A DNA stretch of 63,056 nt, filler included, from Octopus bimaculoides (taxonomy: Eukaryota): assembly GCF_001194135.2 (NCBI RefSeq). It is 5 parts of 5 records of this genome, joined end to end, with 100 filler letters (N's around TTAATTAATTAA, not from the genome) between each part and the next. Parts side by side here need not be neighbours in the genome. Positions count along the whole stretch, not along the records: positions 1 to 20,022 come from NC_068987.1; positions 20,123 to 27,942 come from NC_069000.1; 3 more parts are not named here. One strand, given 5' to 3'. A model generated the notes under the pieces. That model was not told the DNA's origin, did not search any database, and worked only from the letters and a program-made list of their open reading frames with translations. Every line of letters begins with the position of its first letter. Position 1 is the first letter of the stretch. The position numbers and the translations under genes are program-made. This document shows, piece after piece, positions 13,470-26,174 of the stretch.

Positions 13470-14400
13470 CGAGTAGACATACGGGGAAAGATATTCCAGC
13501 CGTGACCATCTTGTCAATTTAGTAATAGATACCATCGAATTTTCTCGGGAGGGGGGTTGTTCTAGCGATAACGGTAGGGTGAGATTTGAGGAATATTTGG
13601 ATATTATTTCTAGCAGGACGAAACGACCACGTAACGGTTTCCCTTGTTGTTGTTGTTGTTTTTTTTTGTAGTTGTTTAGTCCCAGGTCAATCCCCATCGA
13701 GTAGACATACGGGGAAAGATATTCCAGCCGTGACCATCTTGTCAATTTAGTAATAGATACCATCGAATTTTCTCGGGAGGGGGGTTGTTCTAGCGATAAC
13801 GGTAGGGTGAGATTTGAGGAATATTTGGATATTATTTCTAGCAGGACGAAACGACCACGTAACGGTTTCCCTTGTTGTTGTTGTTGTTGCTAATTAGCCC
13901 CAGGTTAATCCGTAACCATCTTGTCATTTTAGATTTAGATGCCAACTGTATTGCCTTTTTTTTTATTCCCCTCGAAACGGTAATGTGTAATCTGAGGGAT
14001 ATTTGGATACTATTTCTAGCACTTTGAACGACCACATAGAAGCTCACGCTATTGTTGCTGCTGTTGTTGTTGTTCTTGTTGCTGTTGTTTAGCCCCAAGT
14101 CTTCATTGATGGAAGAGGCTTATGATTAAAAGAAGCTCTATTCTGGATCATCCCGTCATGTCTTCAAATATTGCGTATCTTGGAGCGCATTATCTAACGT
14201 ATCCTTTAAAAGTAGACTGTTGTTTATGCGTTTATGCTTTGAGGAAGATTCAGCTCTTATTTTCATCAAGTCGACCAACCCTCATTACTTCTTGTGTTGA
14301 ACGGTTGTTATTGTTGCTATTCTTTAGCCCTAGATCAGACTTGATCAAATAAACATATGATCAAGGACATCTTAACCGTGACTATCATGTCAATTTCCCA
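13470..14400 (+). repeat. Tandem array of a roughly 200-230-bp repeat (tttagccccaggtca...ccagccgtgaccatc family, (GTT)n-linked)
   Basis: Two apparently identical units 229 bp apart plus two diverged units. The core is shared with the 146-bp arrays at 56.3-57.6 kb. Confidence 0.8.
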
Positions 14401-15314
14401 TGTTCAGTGAATTTTGCATGTAGACGTGCCACGCTATGTATAAATATGTTCGGTAAAACTGTATGTCTTTGAGTCCATCGAGTCGTAAGAGCAGTGACAA
14501 AAGGACTTACGAGACACCATCAGGCTTTTCTCATATGTATATATATATATATACACATACATTTATATATATATATATATATNNNNNNNNNNNNNNNNNN
14601 NNNNNNNNNNNNNNNNNNNNNNNNNNNNNNNNNNNNNNNNNNNNNNNNNNNNNNNNNNNNNNNNNNNNNNNNNNNNNNNNNNNNNNNNNNNNNNNNNNNN
14701 NNNNNNNNNNNNNNNNNNNNNNNNNNNNNNNNNNNNNNNNNNNNNNNNNNNNNNNNNNNNNNNNNNNNNNNNNNNNNNNNNNNNNNNNNNNNNNNNNNNN
14801 NNNNNNNNNNNNNNNNNNNNNNNNNNNNNNNNNNNNNNNNNNNNNNNNNNNNNNNNNNNNNNNNNNNNNNNNNNNNNNNNNNNNNNNNNNNNNNNNNNNN
14901 NNNNNNNNNNNNNNNNNNNNNNNNNNNNNNNNNNNNNNNNNNNNNNNNNNNNNNNNNNNNNNNNNNNNNNNNNNNNNNNNNNNNNNNNNNNNNNNNNNNN
15001 NNNNNNNNNNNNNNNNNNNNNNNNNNNNNNNNNNNNNNNNNNNNNNNNNNNNNNNNNNNNNNNNNNNNNNNNNNNNNNNNNNNNNNNNNNNNNNNNNNNN
15101 NNNNNNNNNNNNNNNNNNNNNNNNNNNNNNNNNNNNNNNNNNNNNNNNNNNNNNNNNTATGGACGGGATGCTATGCATCCTATTGCGTTGCATCAGTTTT
15201 GCAATTTGGATTACATCAGGTACATTCATACAGAAAGTGGTGTCTACAGGCGCTACAGTTGCTGCTGCTGGTGCAGCAAAGTGATAACACTTAGTAAGAA
15301 ACAGTAAGAACACG

Positions 15315-15545
15315 TGGCGAACTGGCAGAAACGTTAGCACGCCGGACGAAATGCTTAGCGGTATTTCGTCTGCCGTTACGTTCTGAATTCAAATTCCGCC
15401 GAGGTCGACTTTGCCTTTCATTCTTTCGGGGTCGATAAATTAAGTACCAGTTACGCACTGGGGTCGATGTAATCGACTTAATCGCTTTGTCTGTCTTTGT
15501 TTGTCCCCTCTGTATTTAGCTCCTTGTAGGCAAGAAAGAAATAAG
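15315..15545 (+). mobile_element. SINE family C, near-complete, with target-site duplication
   Basis: Flanked by taagaaacagtaagaacacg at 15295-15314 and 15542-15561; the second copy partly overlaps the SINE tail. Confidence 0.8.
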
Positions 15546-17657
15546 AAACAGTAAGAACACGAATATTGGGAATGACAACGAACTAACAAGCAATTTTCAT
15601 GTCACTAATAATAAAGCAGTGCTTCTCAGAGTGGATGATACCGCCCCATCAGGATGTTAGAAAATGTCTTAAGGGTGTTGAGTCAAAAGATGCGGTAGGA
15701 ACGCGAAGGACGCATCTGTACAGCTTTTTATGTCTTTCTCTCTCATTTAATTTTTTTCTTTTTTAAATAGCCACAATCACAACATTAACAATAACAATGA
15801 TATCAACAATAATAACAAACTTCGAAATGAGAATAAGTAAATAAACAGAACCGAACGTATACCACCTATACTAATAGTATTCGCTTACAATAGGGTGTGG
15901 CTTTGATAAGTAACCTACCACATTAGTCTAATAATACCCGGAACTAAATTACTTTGGTCTGATATCACATTTATGTACGGTAAAAATGGTGGCGGGTGAA
16001 ATGAACTGTAATAAGAGGGTATGGAATAAGTATTCGTTAAAGACAAGGGGGTGATAGTTTTTAAAAAAACATGTTTAAGAAACTCAGCTATAGACTGATG
16101 TAGTGTTGTGCGCTGCCATTGGCTGTAGTGACGCTGTGTGAAGCGTAGCAACAAGCAATGGTCTCGTTCACCCTTTATTCATGTACCCAGCTCACTTGTT
16201 TAGTCACCAATACTTCCCTTGTCATCAATATTGCATCAGTCTTCTCCTCTCTCCCCCACAGTCATACACTAACCATTATTCCCAATCCTTCCCAAAACAA
16301 CAGCCATCTGGAATTCCCTGCATGCTCATGTTTTTCTTTTGTTTGTTTTTTTGTTTTTGTTCCTTTTCTTAACTATCAACTGTCAATCTCGCCGGACTTT
16401 GAGGGCTTAGAAAAATTATAAGCACAGTCCTTTCCATCGGGATACAATCAATAATAAAAATATATATACGACATTTACTCTATTTCATACTTGATTTTAA
16501 ATGAAAAAGCTCGTGTGCGACTTAAACAAAGGACAAAGCTTAAACTACTACAGGAAAAAAATTTGTACCGAGTTGTAGCCCTATATGTGACTTGTACACA
16601 AATGCAACATATACACAAATATATAGGGTTTATATAAAAGAAAGTAATAAATGTCGTGTTCCAGATTTATTGTGTTTATCGACAGCCATTGCATATTTCT
16701 CGGGTATCTGGCATGTTATCGTACTAGTTGTAAAAAAGGCAGCCTGAGCATATTATGTTTTATCCCATTATCCACTTACCAAGTTGATTATCCTAAGAAC
16801 TATGGGTCTTCTGAATTTGTGCAGAATTCTACAGAATAAGTACTGAAAGTTGAAAGAAGTCTTGAACAACTACAATCACTAATAACAGTGGTTAAACGAT
16901 TGAGCACGTGACTGGCTGCGAGTAATCGTAACTGAGAAGGCCAAAATAAGGCTGAGATGCATTTCGCGTTCCCACTGGTCGCTGCTGGAAAGCGTTTTTT
17001 CATCTCCCTCCGTTATTTATTGTTTTAAACACAGCGCGCCCATAATTGATGACATCTCAAGACAAGTACCTTTGTACCAAGCCTATTAACGAGTGTATAT
17101 GTAAAATATGATATAGTGGTGACTATTTTAAATTAATACTCCTTCAATTACTTATAGCAGATCAAAAGAGTATTAAAATGTTGTAGTGTAACATACTACC
17201 GAGGAGTATTTCAATATAGCACACTTCAAATTAAATGTTAGTTCCTCTGTTGTTCAAGCAATATATTCCGACATTGAAATATTTCCATAATCCCCAGGCT
17301 GGCTACTTTAAATTAGTTTCATTCCTTCCAGGAGAATCTTCTGATTTTGGTGCCACATAGAACATAAGAACATTGCTGAACTATTCTTCTTTCTGTTGCT
17401 GTATCTGCTGCTGCTGCTGCTGCTATTGCTGGTTATTGTTGTTGCCGCTACTATTGGTGTTAATGCTGACCATGCGAAGGTTTTATTGTTGTCGTTTTTA
17501 TTGCTGCTACGTTACATTTGATAATGAAATCATAGAGTTTAGATGAAGTTCTGAGGCTTGGCAGCCTTAAGATGTTATAGTTAACTTATAGCCAGTATCT
17601 TGCTAGGTAGCAGCAGCGGCGGTGGCGGCGGCAGCAGCAACAGTAGCAGCAGCAGTT

Positions 17658-17707
<50 letters not shown>

Positions 17708-18248
17708 TGTGTTTGGGAAGTTTCTCCAAACATTTGTTAGTTTGATTGAAAGTACTGCCTGGAGGTCGCTANNNNNNNNNNNNNNNNNNNNNNNNNNNNN
17801 NNNNNNNNNNNNNNNNNNNNNNNNNNNNNNNNNNNNNNNNNNNNNNNNNNNNNNNNNNNNNNNNNNNNNNNNNNNNNNNNNNNNNNNNNNNNNNNNNNNN
17901 NNNNNNNNNNNNNNNNNNNNNNNNNNNNNNNNNNNNNNNNNNNNNNNNNNNNNNNNNNNNNNNNNNNNNNNNNNNNNNNNNNNNNNNNNNNNNNNNNNNN
18001 NNNNNNNNNNNNNNNNNNNNNNNNNNNNNNNNNNNNNNNNNNNNNNNNNNNNNNNNNNNNNNNNNNNNNNNNNNNNNNNNNNNNNNNNNNNNNNNNNNNN
18101 NNNNNNNNNNNNNNNNNNNNNNNNNNNNNNNNNNNNNNNNNNNNNNNNNNNNNNNNNNNNNNNNNNNNNNNNNNNNNNNNNNNNNNNNNNNNNNNNNNNN
18201 NNNNNNNNNNNNNNNNNNNNNNNNNNNNNNNNNNNNNNNNNNNNNNNN

Positions 18249-19136
18249 GATATTTAAAATATTGATCCTATCAAGTGGTCAGCATGGGAATAAAAACCAT
18301 CAAAGGTAATAATTATTTAAAATTATAATACAGGGTATCAAGAGATACCACCACGCTGAAAAAATAGCAGTCAAATCCTGACTCTAAAACCACAATAAAT
18401 GTCCACATGGCACAAGTAGCGAAGACGAAGACCAAATAAACCAGTAAAAAAATAAGATAATTCCAAATCCTGGATTTCTGGCTTTGCATAAATAATAATG
18501 CTCTGCCTTCATCAGTGGAATATACTCAAGTACATAAATACAAATACATGTATATAAACAGTATACTTACATATACGGACGTATACACACATATATATGC
18601 ACGTATGTACACGACTAGCTTAAATAGCCCGCCTAAAAACTTCCCGTGCGATCCGGACAGAATATCAGCGCAGTAAATACGCTGACAAAACTAATTTATA
18701 TAAATAAGGATAAGATCGATATTTAAAATATTGATCCTATCAAGTGGTCAGCATGGGAATAAAAACCATCAAAGGTAATAATTATTTAAAATTATAATAC
18801 AGGGTATCAAGAGATACCACCACGCTGAAAAAATAGCAGTCAAATCTTGACTCTAAAACCACAATAAATGTCCACATGGCACGAGTAGCGAAGACGAAGA
18901 CCATGTATTTATGTACTTGAGTATATTCCACTGATGAAGGCAGAGCATTATTATTTATGCAAAGCCAGAAATCCAGGATTTGGAATTATCTTATTATTTT
19001 TACTGGTTTATTTGGTCTTCGTCTTCGCTACTCGTGCCATGTGGACATTTATTGTGATTTTAGAGTCAGGATTTGACTGCTATTTTTTCAGCGTGGTGGT
19101 ATCTCTTGATACCCTGTATTATAATTTTAAATAATT
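18249..19136. mobile_element. Direct plus inverted repeat structure resembling a Penelope-like terminal repeat (pLTR)
   Basis: 18249-18433 recurs at 18718-18902 with 2 mismatches seen. 18904-19136 is the reverse complement of 18310-18542. Contains a hammerhead-like motif. Confidence 0.6.
18925..18986 (+). ncRNA. Type I hammerhead-ribozyme-like motif; reverse-complement copy at 18460-18521
   Basis: attcca-CTGATGA-aGGC..gcat/atgc..GCCa-GAAA-tcc-a-gga-TT-tggaat. Stem I is 6 bp, stem III is short and near-palindromic, and the triplet is AUU. The base of stem II is an A-A mismatch. Confidence 0.55.
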
Positions 19137-20022
19137 TATATATATATATATATTCTTGATCTTGTCAAAGATCAGAAATGAAAAGATCCTACGTGCTGGT
19201 CTGCCTGCTTCTTATGATGGAAATTCTCATGGATAGAAACCGGAAAACGAAGAAGTAAACAAAACGAAGCTTCTTTCTTGTTTTCTTTTTCGTTTGCCGG
19301 TTTTTCAACCTTCCACCTTTTATATCTACTTTTTTCTAGCCTTTCCTCGCTTTTTTCTCTCATCCTATCACCCTATTTTTAGCTTGTTATGCCATGTGGG
19401 CAGTGCTTCGAGATTGCTGGTCATAGATATCATGCTGAACAACATGCCATACCGGATATTATGTTTTGGAGACTTCTGCAGCCTAACAAGGCATGAAGAC
19501 CATTCAACTACATTGATGTTATTGGTAGACACACACGCACACACACATAAAAGTGAGGATTTACCAAAGCTAATGGGGTCTGAGATACCTGGCGCAGCAT
19601 TGTAAGAACCATAACGGTTGCAGCCGCTTGAAAAAAGAATATTTCGTCCTTTCTCCGCTTCTGTCTATCTATCTATCTATCTATCCATCTATCTATCTAT
19701 CTATCTCTGATCTGGACGGATGCTAGTCGCATCGGCTCGCAAGTAAGTTGGCCTTTTATATGTCAAAAATTTTGCAGTTTTAAAATATTTTTTGTGGAAG
19801 AGGTGTATAAGTCTATACACTTCGACCCTATTGGGTTTTTGTAATAGGCAGTGGCTCCTTCTGGAGTTTATTTCCAAAAGTTTTTGATTTTTCTCCGGCT
19901 TATTTGCCATATTTCGTAAAAGAAATATGGCTAGGCCTTCACACGTGGTCGACTTGCCTCTAATAGCAGGCAAGGAGACTGACCAACAAGTCGTTCCGCA
20001 TGAACGAACACAAGACGTAGAG

Positions 20023-20122
20023 NNNNNNNNNNNNNNNNNNNNNNNNNNNNNNNNNNNNNNNNNNNNTTAATTAATTAANNNNNNNNNNNNNNNNNNNNNN
20101 NNNNNNNNNNNNNNNNNNNNNN
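20023..20122. other. Artificial assembly spacer N44-TTAATTAATTAA-N44 (also 27943-28042, 54395-54494, 61685-61784)
   Basis: Identical 100-nt format four times, and the 12-mer has stop codons in all six frames. Gap size is unknown at these points. Confidence 0.95.
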
Positions 20123-20161
<39 letters not shown>

Positions 20162-20391
20162 TTGTGTGTATACATAGACACGTATATATATCTATGTTTA
20201 TATGGACATGTATATATGCGTATTGAACCTAAGGCAGCGGCTGGTAGTATGTATGCAGGTTCATATATGTATGTGCGTATGCACGCAATGGAAATACGCA
20301 GGATAATAAAGAACGGAAACAGAAACGCTGACAACAGTAGCTATAGCAAATAAATACCAAAAACACCACCACCACCTTCATCATCACTATT

Positions 20392-20426
<35 letters not shown>

Positions 20427-20445
20427 TACCATCATCACCATCACC

Positions 20446-20477
<32 letters not shown>

Positions 20478-21936
20478 CATCATCATCATCATCATCATCA
20501 TCATCTATGATGATTAATATCACGAGGAGTAGTAGTAGCAGCAGCAGCAGCAGTAGCAACAACAACAACAACAACAACAGCAACAACAACAACAACAACA
20601 ACAATAACAACAAGGGAAGCAACAGTCAACGATGAACGTACCATTAACTGCAATAAATCTTTGTACTGCGGGCACAATACTTGAAAACCTTTGGGGGAGG
20701 TGGCCAGCCGATTACCCCGACCCCAGTGCTGAACTGGTACCTATTTTATCGACACCAGTAGGACGAAAGACAAGGTCGACGGAATTTGTACTCAGAGCGT
20801 GAAACCGGAAAAATGCCACTGAGCATTTTATCCGATGTGCTCTAAAGATTCGGCTAGCTGGCCGCATTATCAACGATTTTAATAATGGTTTCAAGTTTTA
20901 GCACAAGGCCAGCAAGTTCTGGAGAGGGATTAAGTCGATTTCAACAACCCCCAGAGCTCAACTGGTACTTATTCCATCAACTTCGAAAGGATGAAAGCAA
21001 AGTCGACCTCGGTGATATTTGAACCCAGAACGTAAAAGTGGACGAAATGCCACTAAGCAGTTTACCCGGCGCTCTAACAATTCTGCCAGCTGACCGCTTT
21101 ATCCACGATTTTACTGATGTGAACAATCCGCAACTACAAGTGCAACTAAGAAAAATGCATCTGCAACGACAGCAACACGACAATATAACATACAAATATA
21201 CATACGCACACGCACATATATATTTATATATACATATATACGCACACAGTTAATGAGGAAGCCATTATGGTGACGATCAACGTGCTAGAAGTAGCCGATA
21301 AAACTTAATCAAGCCACAGTCTATTACTGTTTTATATAAGTACAAGAGAAATTAGAAAACGTAGTTCCATGTAGTTCTAACGGATGCTGCAACAGTCATG
21401 TTTGGAATGATCTTGAACATATAAATTTTCTCGAAGAGGATTGATCTTGAGCTTAGCAGCAGCAGCAACAGCAACAGTAGAAGCAGCAGCAGCAGCAGTA
21501 GAAGCAGCAGTAGCGGCAACAATAGCAGCAAAAGTAGCAACTACTACTACCACCACTACCACCGCCGCTGCCGCCGTTGATGCTTCTACTACTACTACTA
21601 CTACTACTACTATTTTTACAATAAGTTCTTGTAAAACAACAACAGCATAGTTCTAGCAACAACAATGATCATCTTTGTTCTAAATTCTCAGTCCAAGTCC
21701 CAAGTGGCTTGAGTATAACTTTCATCACCCCAGATCAATAAGATAACTATCATTTCACTACGAGAATCGATTAAAGAGACTACACACATCGCTGCACTAA
21801 AATTTATCCCCTATCAAAGCGAGAACTACATATTTGGTTCAAGTTACGATTGGTCCACTACAATATTCATTATTCCGGGGACTGCGTGGTAGGCATTATA
21901 CAATAATACAATAATCACATATTGATGTTGACTTAG

Positions 21937-22312
21937 GTGGAAGCACAATTGCCCAGTGGTTAGGGCAGCGGATTCGAGGTCATAGGATCACGGTTTCGAT
22001 TCCCAGACCGGGCGTTGTGAGTGTTTATTGAGCGAAAACACCTAAAGTTCCACGAGGCTCCGGCAGGGTATGGTGGCGAACCCTGCTGTACTCTTTCACC
22101 ACAACTTTCTCNNNNNNNNNNNNNNNNNNNNNNNNNNNNNNNNNNNNNNNNNNNNNNNNNNNNNNNNNNNNNNNNNNNNNNNNNNNNNNNNNNNNNNNNN
22201 NNNNNNNNNNNNNNNNNNNNNNNNNNNNNNNNNNNNNNNNNNNNNNNNNNNNNNNNCTGATTGGATCAACTGGAACCCTGGACGTCGTAAGCGACGGAGT
22301 AACAACAACAAA
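21937..22312 (+). mobile_element. SINE family B, gapped
   Basis: Same head and 3' end as 22966-23349, with an N gap inside. Confidence 0.85.
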
Positions 22313-22498
22313 TGTTGACTCAGTAAACTTTAGACCTTCATTTCCAAGGTTTGGTACTTTCTGCTAACTTCGGAAATACCTATTATAGTCAGTTAGACGA
22401 TGGGCACAGAGTAGATGTAAAAAAACTCAATGAGAAGAGTTTGCAACTCAGTTAAGATTCATTCGCTTCTCTCAGGTTGAATGTTCACACACACACAC

Positions 22499-22542
<44 letters not shown>

Positions 22543-22965
22543 GTTTCGAATGTCTTACTATTTCTAATTTATTCTTCAGAATATGTCTCCGGCTGTTTAT
22601 TCGCATTTACTGGTTCTTCTTGTTCTAGAGTGTGCAGAACGGTCGAATCTATCCAAGCTATACAATTGTATAGTTTCTTCATATATTCTGCGGAGCTTTT
22701 TTCTAAATTTGTTTCCTGTCTTCAGTGTGTTACTATTTTTGTCTTCAACAGCATTTGTTGCAGCTTCTTTTTTTTTCTCGTCTAATGATGGATGCGTAAG
22801 CTTTTTGACAGTCTAGTATTTCTCTCAACCCTTTTTGCAACTCTTCTCGTTTCTTTTATATATAATTCTCCATACTCTCTTTTATTTGTTTTCAGACTTC
22901 GTTGTTTTCAACTTGATGTGATTTTCCTCTCTCCTTGGCTTTTAGTGCGCTTGTATCATCACACT

Positions 22966-23349
22966 GTGGAGGCGCAATGGCCCAGTAGTTAGGGCAGCGG
23001 ACTCGTGGTAATAGGATCGCGGTTTCGATTCCCAGACCGGGCGTTGTGAGTTTTTATTGAGCAAAAACACCTAAATCTCCACGAGGCTCCGGCAGGGGAT
23101 GGTGGCGAACCCTGCTGTACTCTTCCACCACAACTTTCTCTCACTCTTACTTCCTGTTTCTATTGTGCCTGTAATTCAAAGGGTCAGCCTTGTTACACTG
23201 TGTCACGCTGATTATCCCTGAGAACTACGTTAAGGGTACACGTGTCTGTGGAGTGCTCAGCCACTTGCACGTTAATTTCACGAGCAGGCTGTTCCGTTGA
23301 TCGGATCAACTGGAACCCTGGACGTCGTAAGCGGCGGAGTGCCAACAAC
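22966..23349 (+). mobile_element. SINE family B (tRNA-like head, (CAA)n tail), full length with 11-bp TSD
   Basis: A-box-like tggcccagtag and B-box-like ggtttcgattcc. TSD atcatcacact at 22955-22965 and 23350-23360. Confidence 0.9.
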
Positions 23350-25256
23350 ATCATCACACTAGTCTAGAATGTCTTTCGTCATCCAGTATAGCTTTCCCTG
23401 CACTGCATTACCTAGGACTGTACAAGCTTCTTCCATTTGTTTCATGTAAGAATTTTTGTGTTAGTTCTTGAGCAATTACATTTAATAGGAATATTACGAG
23501 TACCATGATAATAGTATTTGTATACTTCTAAAAAAAAACAATGAAACAATGCCATAGTTTGAAATAAGCAGCAGAGTTAGAAAGACTTTTCAATCTATTT
23601 CTTGAAAAAATATTGACAGCTAACCTTCAAGATTCTGAAAGCATTGAAGATTGCTGGAAGAATGATCTACCAACCTAAGATTTGCCGACAACGGTGAATG
23701 TTATCCAGTTTCAAAGATAAACTATTTGCTATCACAATAAGAGTAGTTATTGCTTCAAATAAATATGATGTGGATATCACCCGTGTAAAGAAGTCAGGCA
23801 ATGGTGACAGAAAAGCAGCAAGCAGAACAAACAATGGCACTAATGTAAGTGCAGTTCAAACCATTGACATTCTGATGTTATCAGTGAATTACTTACTTGG
23901 GCTCTTTAATCAATGAAAATGTAACAAGCGAAATCATCATAAGGAGGGCAATTGTTATAGCAACAACTCAATTTATCAAGTAAAGATAAGTAACAGAAAT
24001 AGCAAGAACATTGCGACGAGCAACAGCACTAAGATTACTATGAAGGCTGAGTTATATTTATTGTATAGGTGGGAAGCAGAGACAAACTAAAACAAAATGA
24101 TTTTATCGGGATTGAACTTAGAAGCTTTCGTAGATTTTTGGCATTGCATCGAAAGACTACTGGACTAATCAGTCTTAGTTCAACTTATATGTTGCTTGGG
24201 AAGAGAGCAAGTCTGATAGAGAAAATAAGATGAAGGAATATACGGTTACATCAGTGGAATGACTAGGTTACTTGCAAATAATAAACATGTTTGGTAAATG
24301 CAAGGTTGAAAGAGAAGGCAACGAAGAAGAAACTGACTCAATGATATTGAGACATGGAATAGGATGAGAACATTGGAATACATGCAGCTCAAGAGGGAGA
24401 GGGGTGAAAAATACCGGCAGAAGTACCTGGCCTGTAAACTGGAGGAAGGAATCGGGAGATTACAACGACGCAGTGCTTGATAGATTCTTTATATTACTGA
24501 CTCCGATAGAATGGAATGCAAATTTGACCTCGACCGGATGTGAATTCTGAGCATAAAGAGTATGAACATATAGGCGCAAGCGTAGCTGTATGCTAAGAAG
24601 GTTGCTGCTTCCCAGTCACGTGATTCCGGTTTCATTTCCAATGCGTGGTACTTTGGGCAAGTGTCTCCTACTGTAGCCTAAGGCCAATTAAAGTCTAGTG
24701 AATGAATTTAGAAGACATCGTATGCATGTATGCTTGTATGTATGTATGTATGTATGTATGTATGTATGTATGTATGTATTATGTATGTATGTATGAATGA
24801 ATGTATGCACGTATGTACGTATGTATGTATATGTGTATGCATGTATGTATGTATGTATGTACGTAGGTATGTACGTATGTATGCACGTATGTTTATATGT
24901 ATGTTTTATTTCAGAAGAATTTTCATAGTTTCTTGTTTAGCCGTTAAGCTGGATAGGAATAATAGCTTTCTCAGTCTCACCTATTGAATAAAATGTGAAT
25001 GACAGTAACGATTTTATTAGCACGATTTCCGTAGCAGGCGGCAAACATCATGGATATAATGATTTCGCTGCTAAAATTTTAGCTGCTCGATTTAAAACTA
25101 GTTGAACTGTAAATGGCAAGTTATTTCCAGTGCCCAATTGGTCGAATATATATACATGTAAGTCTGTGTTTGTATTTGTGTGTGCGCGCGTGTATATAAA
25201 TTTATATATATATTTATATATGTATATATATATGTGTGTGTGTGTATATATATTTG

Positions 25257-25287
<31 letters not shown>

Positions 25288-25309
25288 GCACGCGCGCGTG
25301 TACATACAT

Positions 25310-25389
<80 letters not shown>

Positions 25390-25637
25390 ATTATTAGAAA
25401 ATAAAACGAATGGTTTATGCCTGGTAGCTTACTGATAAATCAAGGTCACTATCACAGTGTTCGTTATGTATTTCGTTAAGGAAAGACGGGAGATAGAAGA
25501 TAAGAGATTTTTTTTTTATTAATCACTACAACTGTTTCGACCCATCTAGCATTGATCCCTCACGGGTGGGATATTTAACAATTGTAAGTAATGATTGATA
25601 AAAATTCTCGTACCCTCTATCTGCCGTCTCAAATTAA

Positions 25638-25708
<71 letters not shown>

Positions 25709-25869
25709 CACACACATATATGAATAAAAATCCATGAGTTAAGGAATGAAGTAGATAAATTCCGCCCCAATAACCCATTATTGTTCCTGAAAGTTGCTTT
25801 TATATATTTCCTACGGATTGCTTGAAGCTGACTTTCTTCCTATACCTCGACCCGTAGAGCTTACATTTA

Positions 25870-25938
<69 letters not shown>

Positions 25939-26139
25939 GTCAATCCGTCCGTCCGTCCGTCTGTCTGTCTGTATGTATCTATTGATCGATCGATCTGTAT
26001 ATATATATATATATATATTTATATACATAGTAAATTCCAAGAAACGAAGAACAGATACAAAAAACACACACAAAAATAAAACACGAGGACGTGGTACATG
26101 TAAAGTATTACCAGACATTCAAGGAAGGAAACAAAGGTG

Positions 26140-26174
26140 ATTTTACGTTTCGAGCAAAGCTCTTCTTCAGAAAC
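26140..26174 (-). ncRNA. Minimal hammerhead-like motif
   Basis: Minus strand reads gttt-CTGAAGA-a-GAGC-ttt-GCTC-GAAAC-GTA-aaat. Confidence 0.5.

Noticed and set aside
15232-15267. Possible 36-nt phase 1-1 minus-strand exon (AATVAPVDTTF)
   Set aside because: Weak acceptor and donor (tct|gtatga), partly (GCT)n-derived, and it cannot follow phase-0 exon K directly.
16780-16842. Minus-strand segment with a strong donor (TTG|gtaagt), YLFCRILHKFRRPIVLRIINL
   Set aside because: Phase 0-0, no resemblance to exon H and no supported partner exon.
19178-19258. Short plus-strand ORF MKRSYVLVCLLLMMEILMDRNRKTKK resembling a signal peptide
   Set aside because: Only 26 codons, a weak donor and no downstream exon identified.
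20067-20078. TTAATTAATTAA palindrome recurring four times inside N runs
   Set aside because: Fixed N44-12-N44 format with stops in all six frames marks an assembly spacer, not biology.
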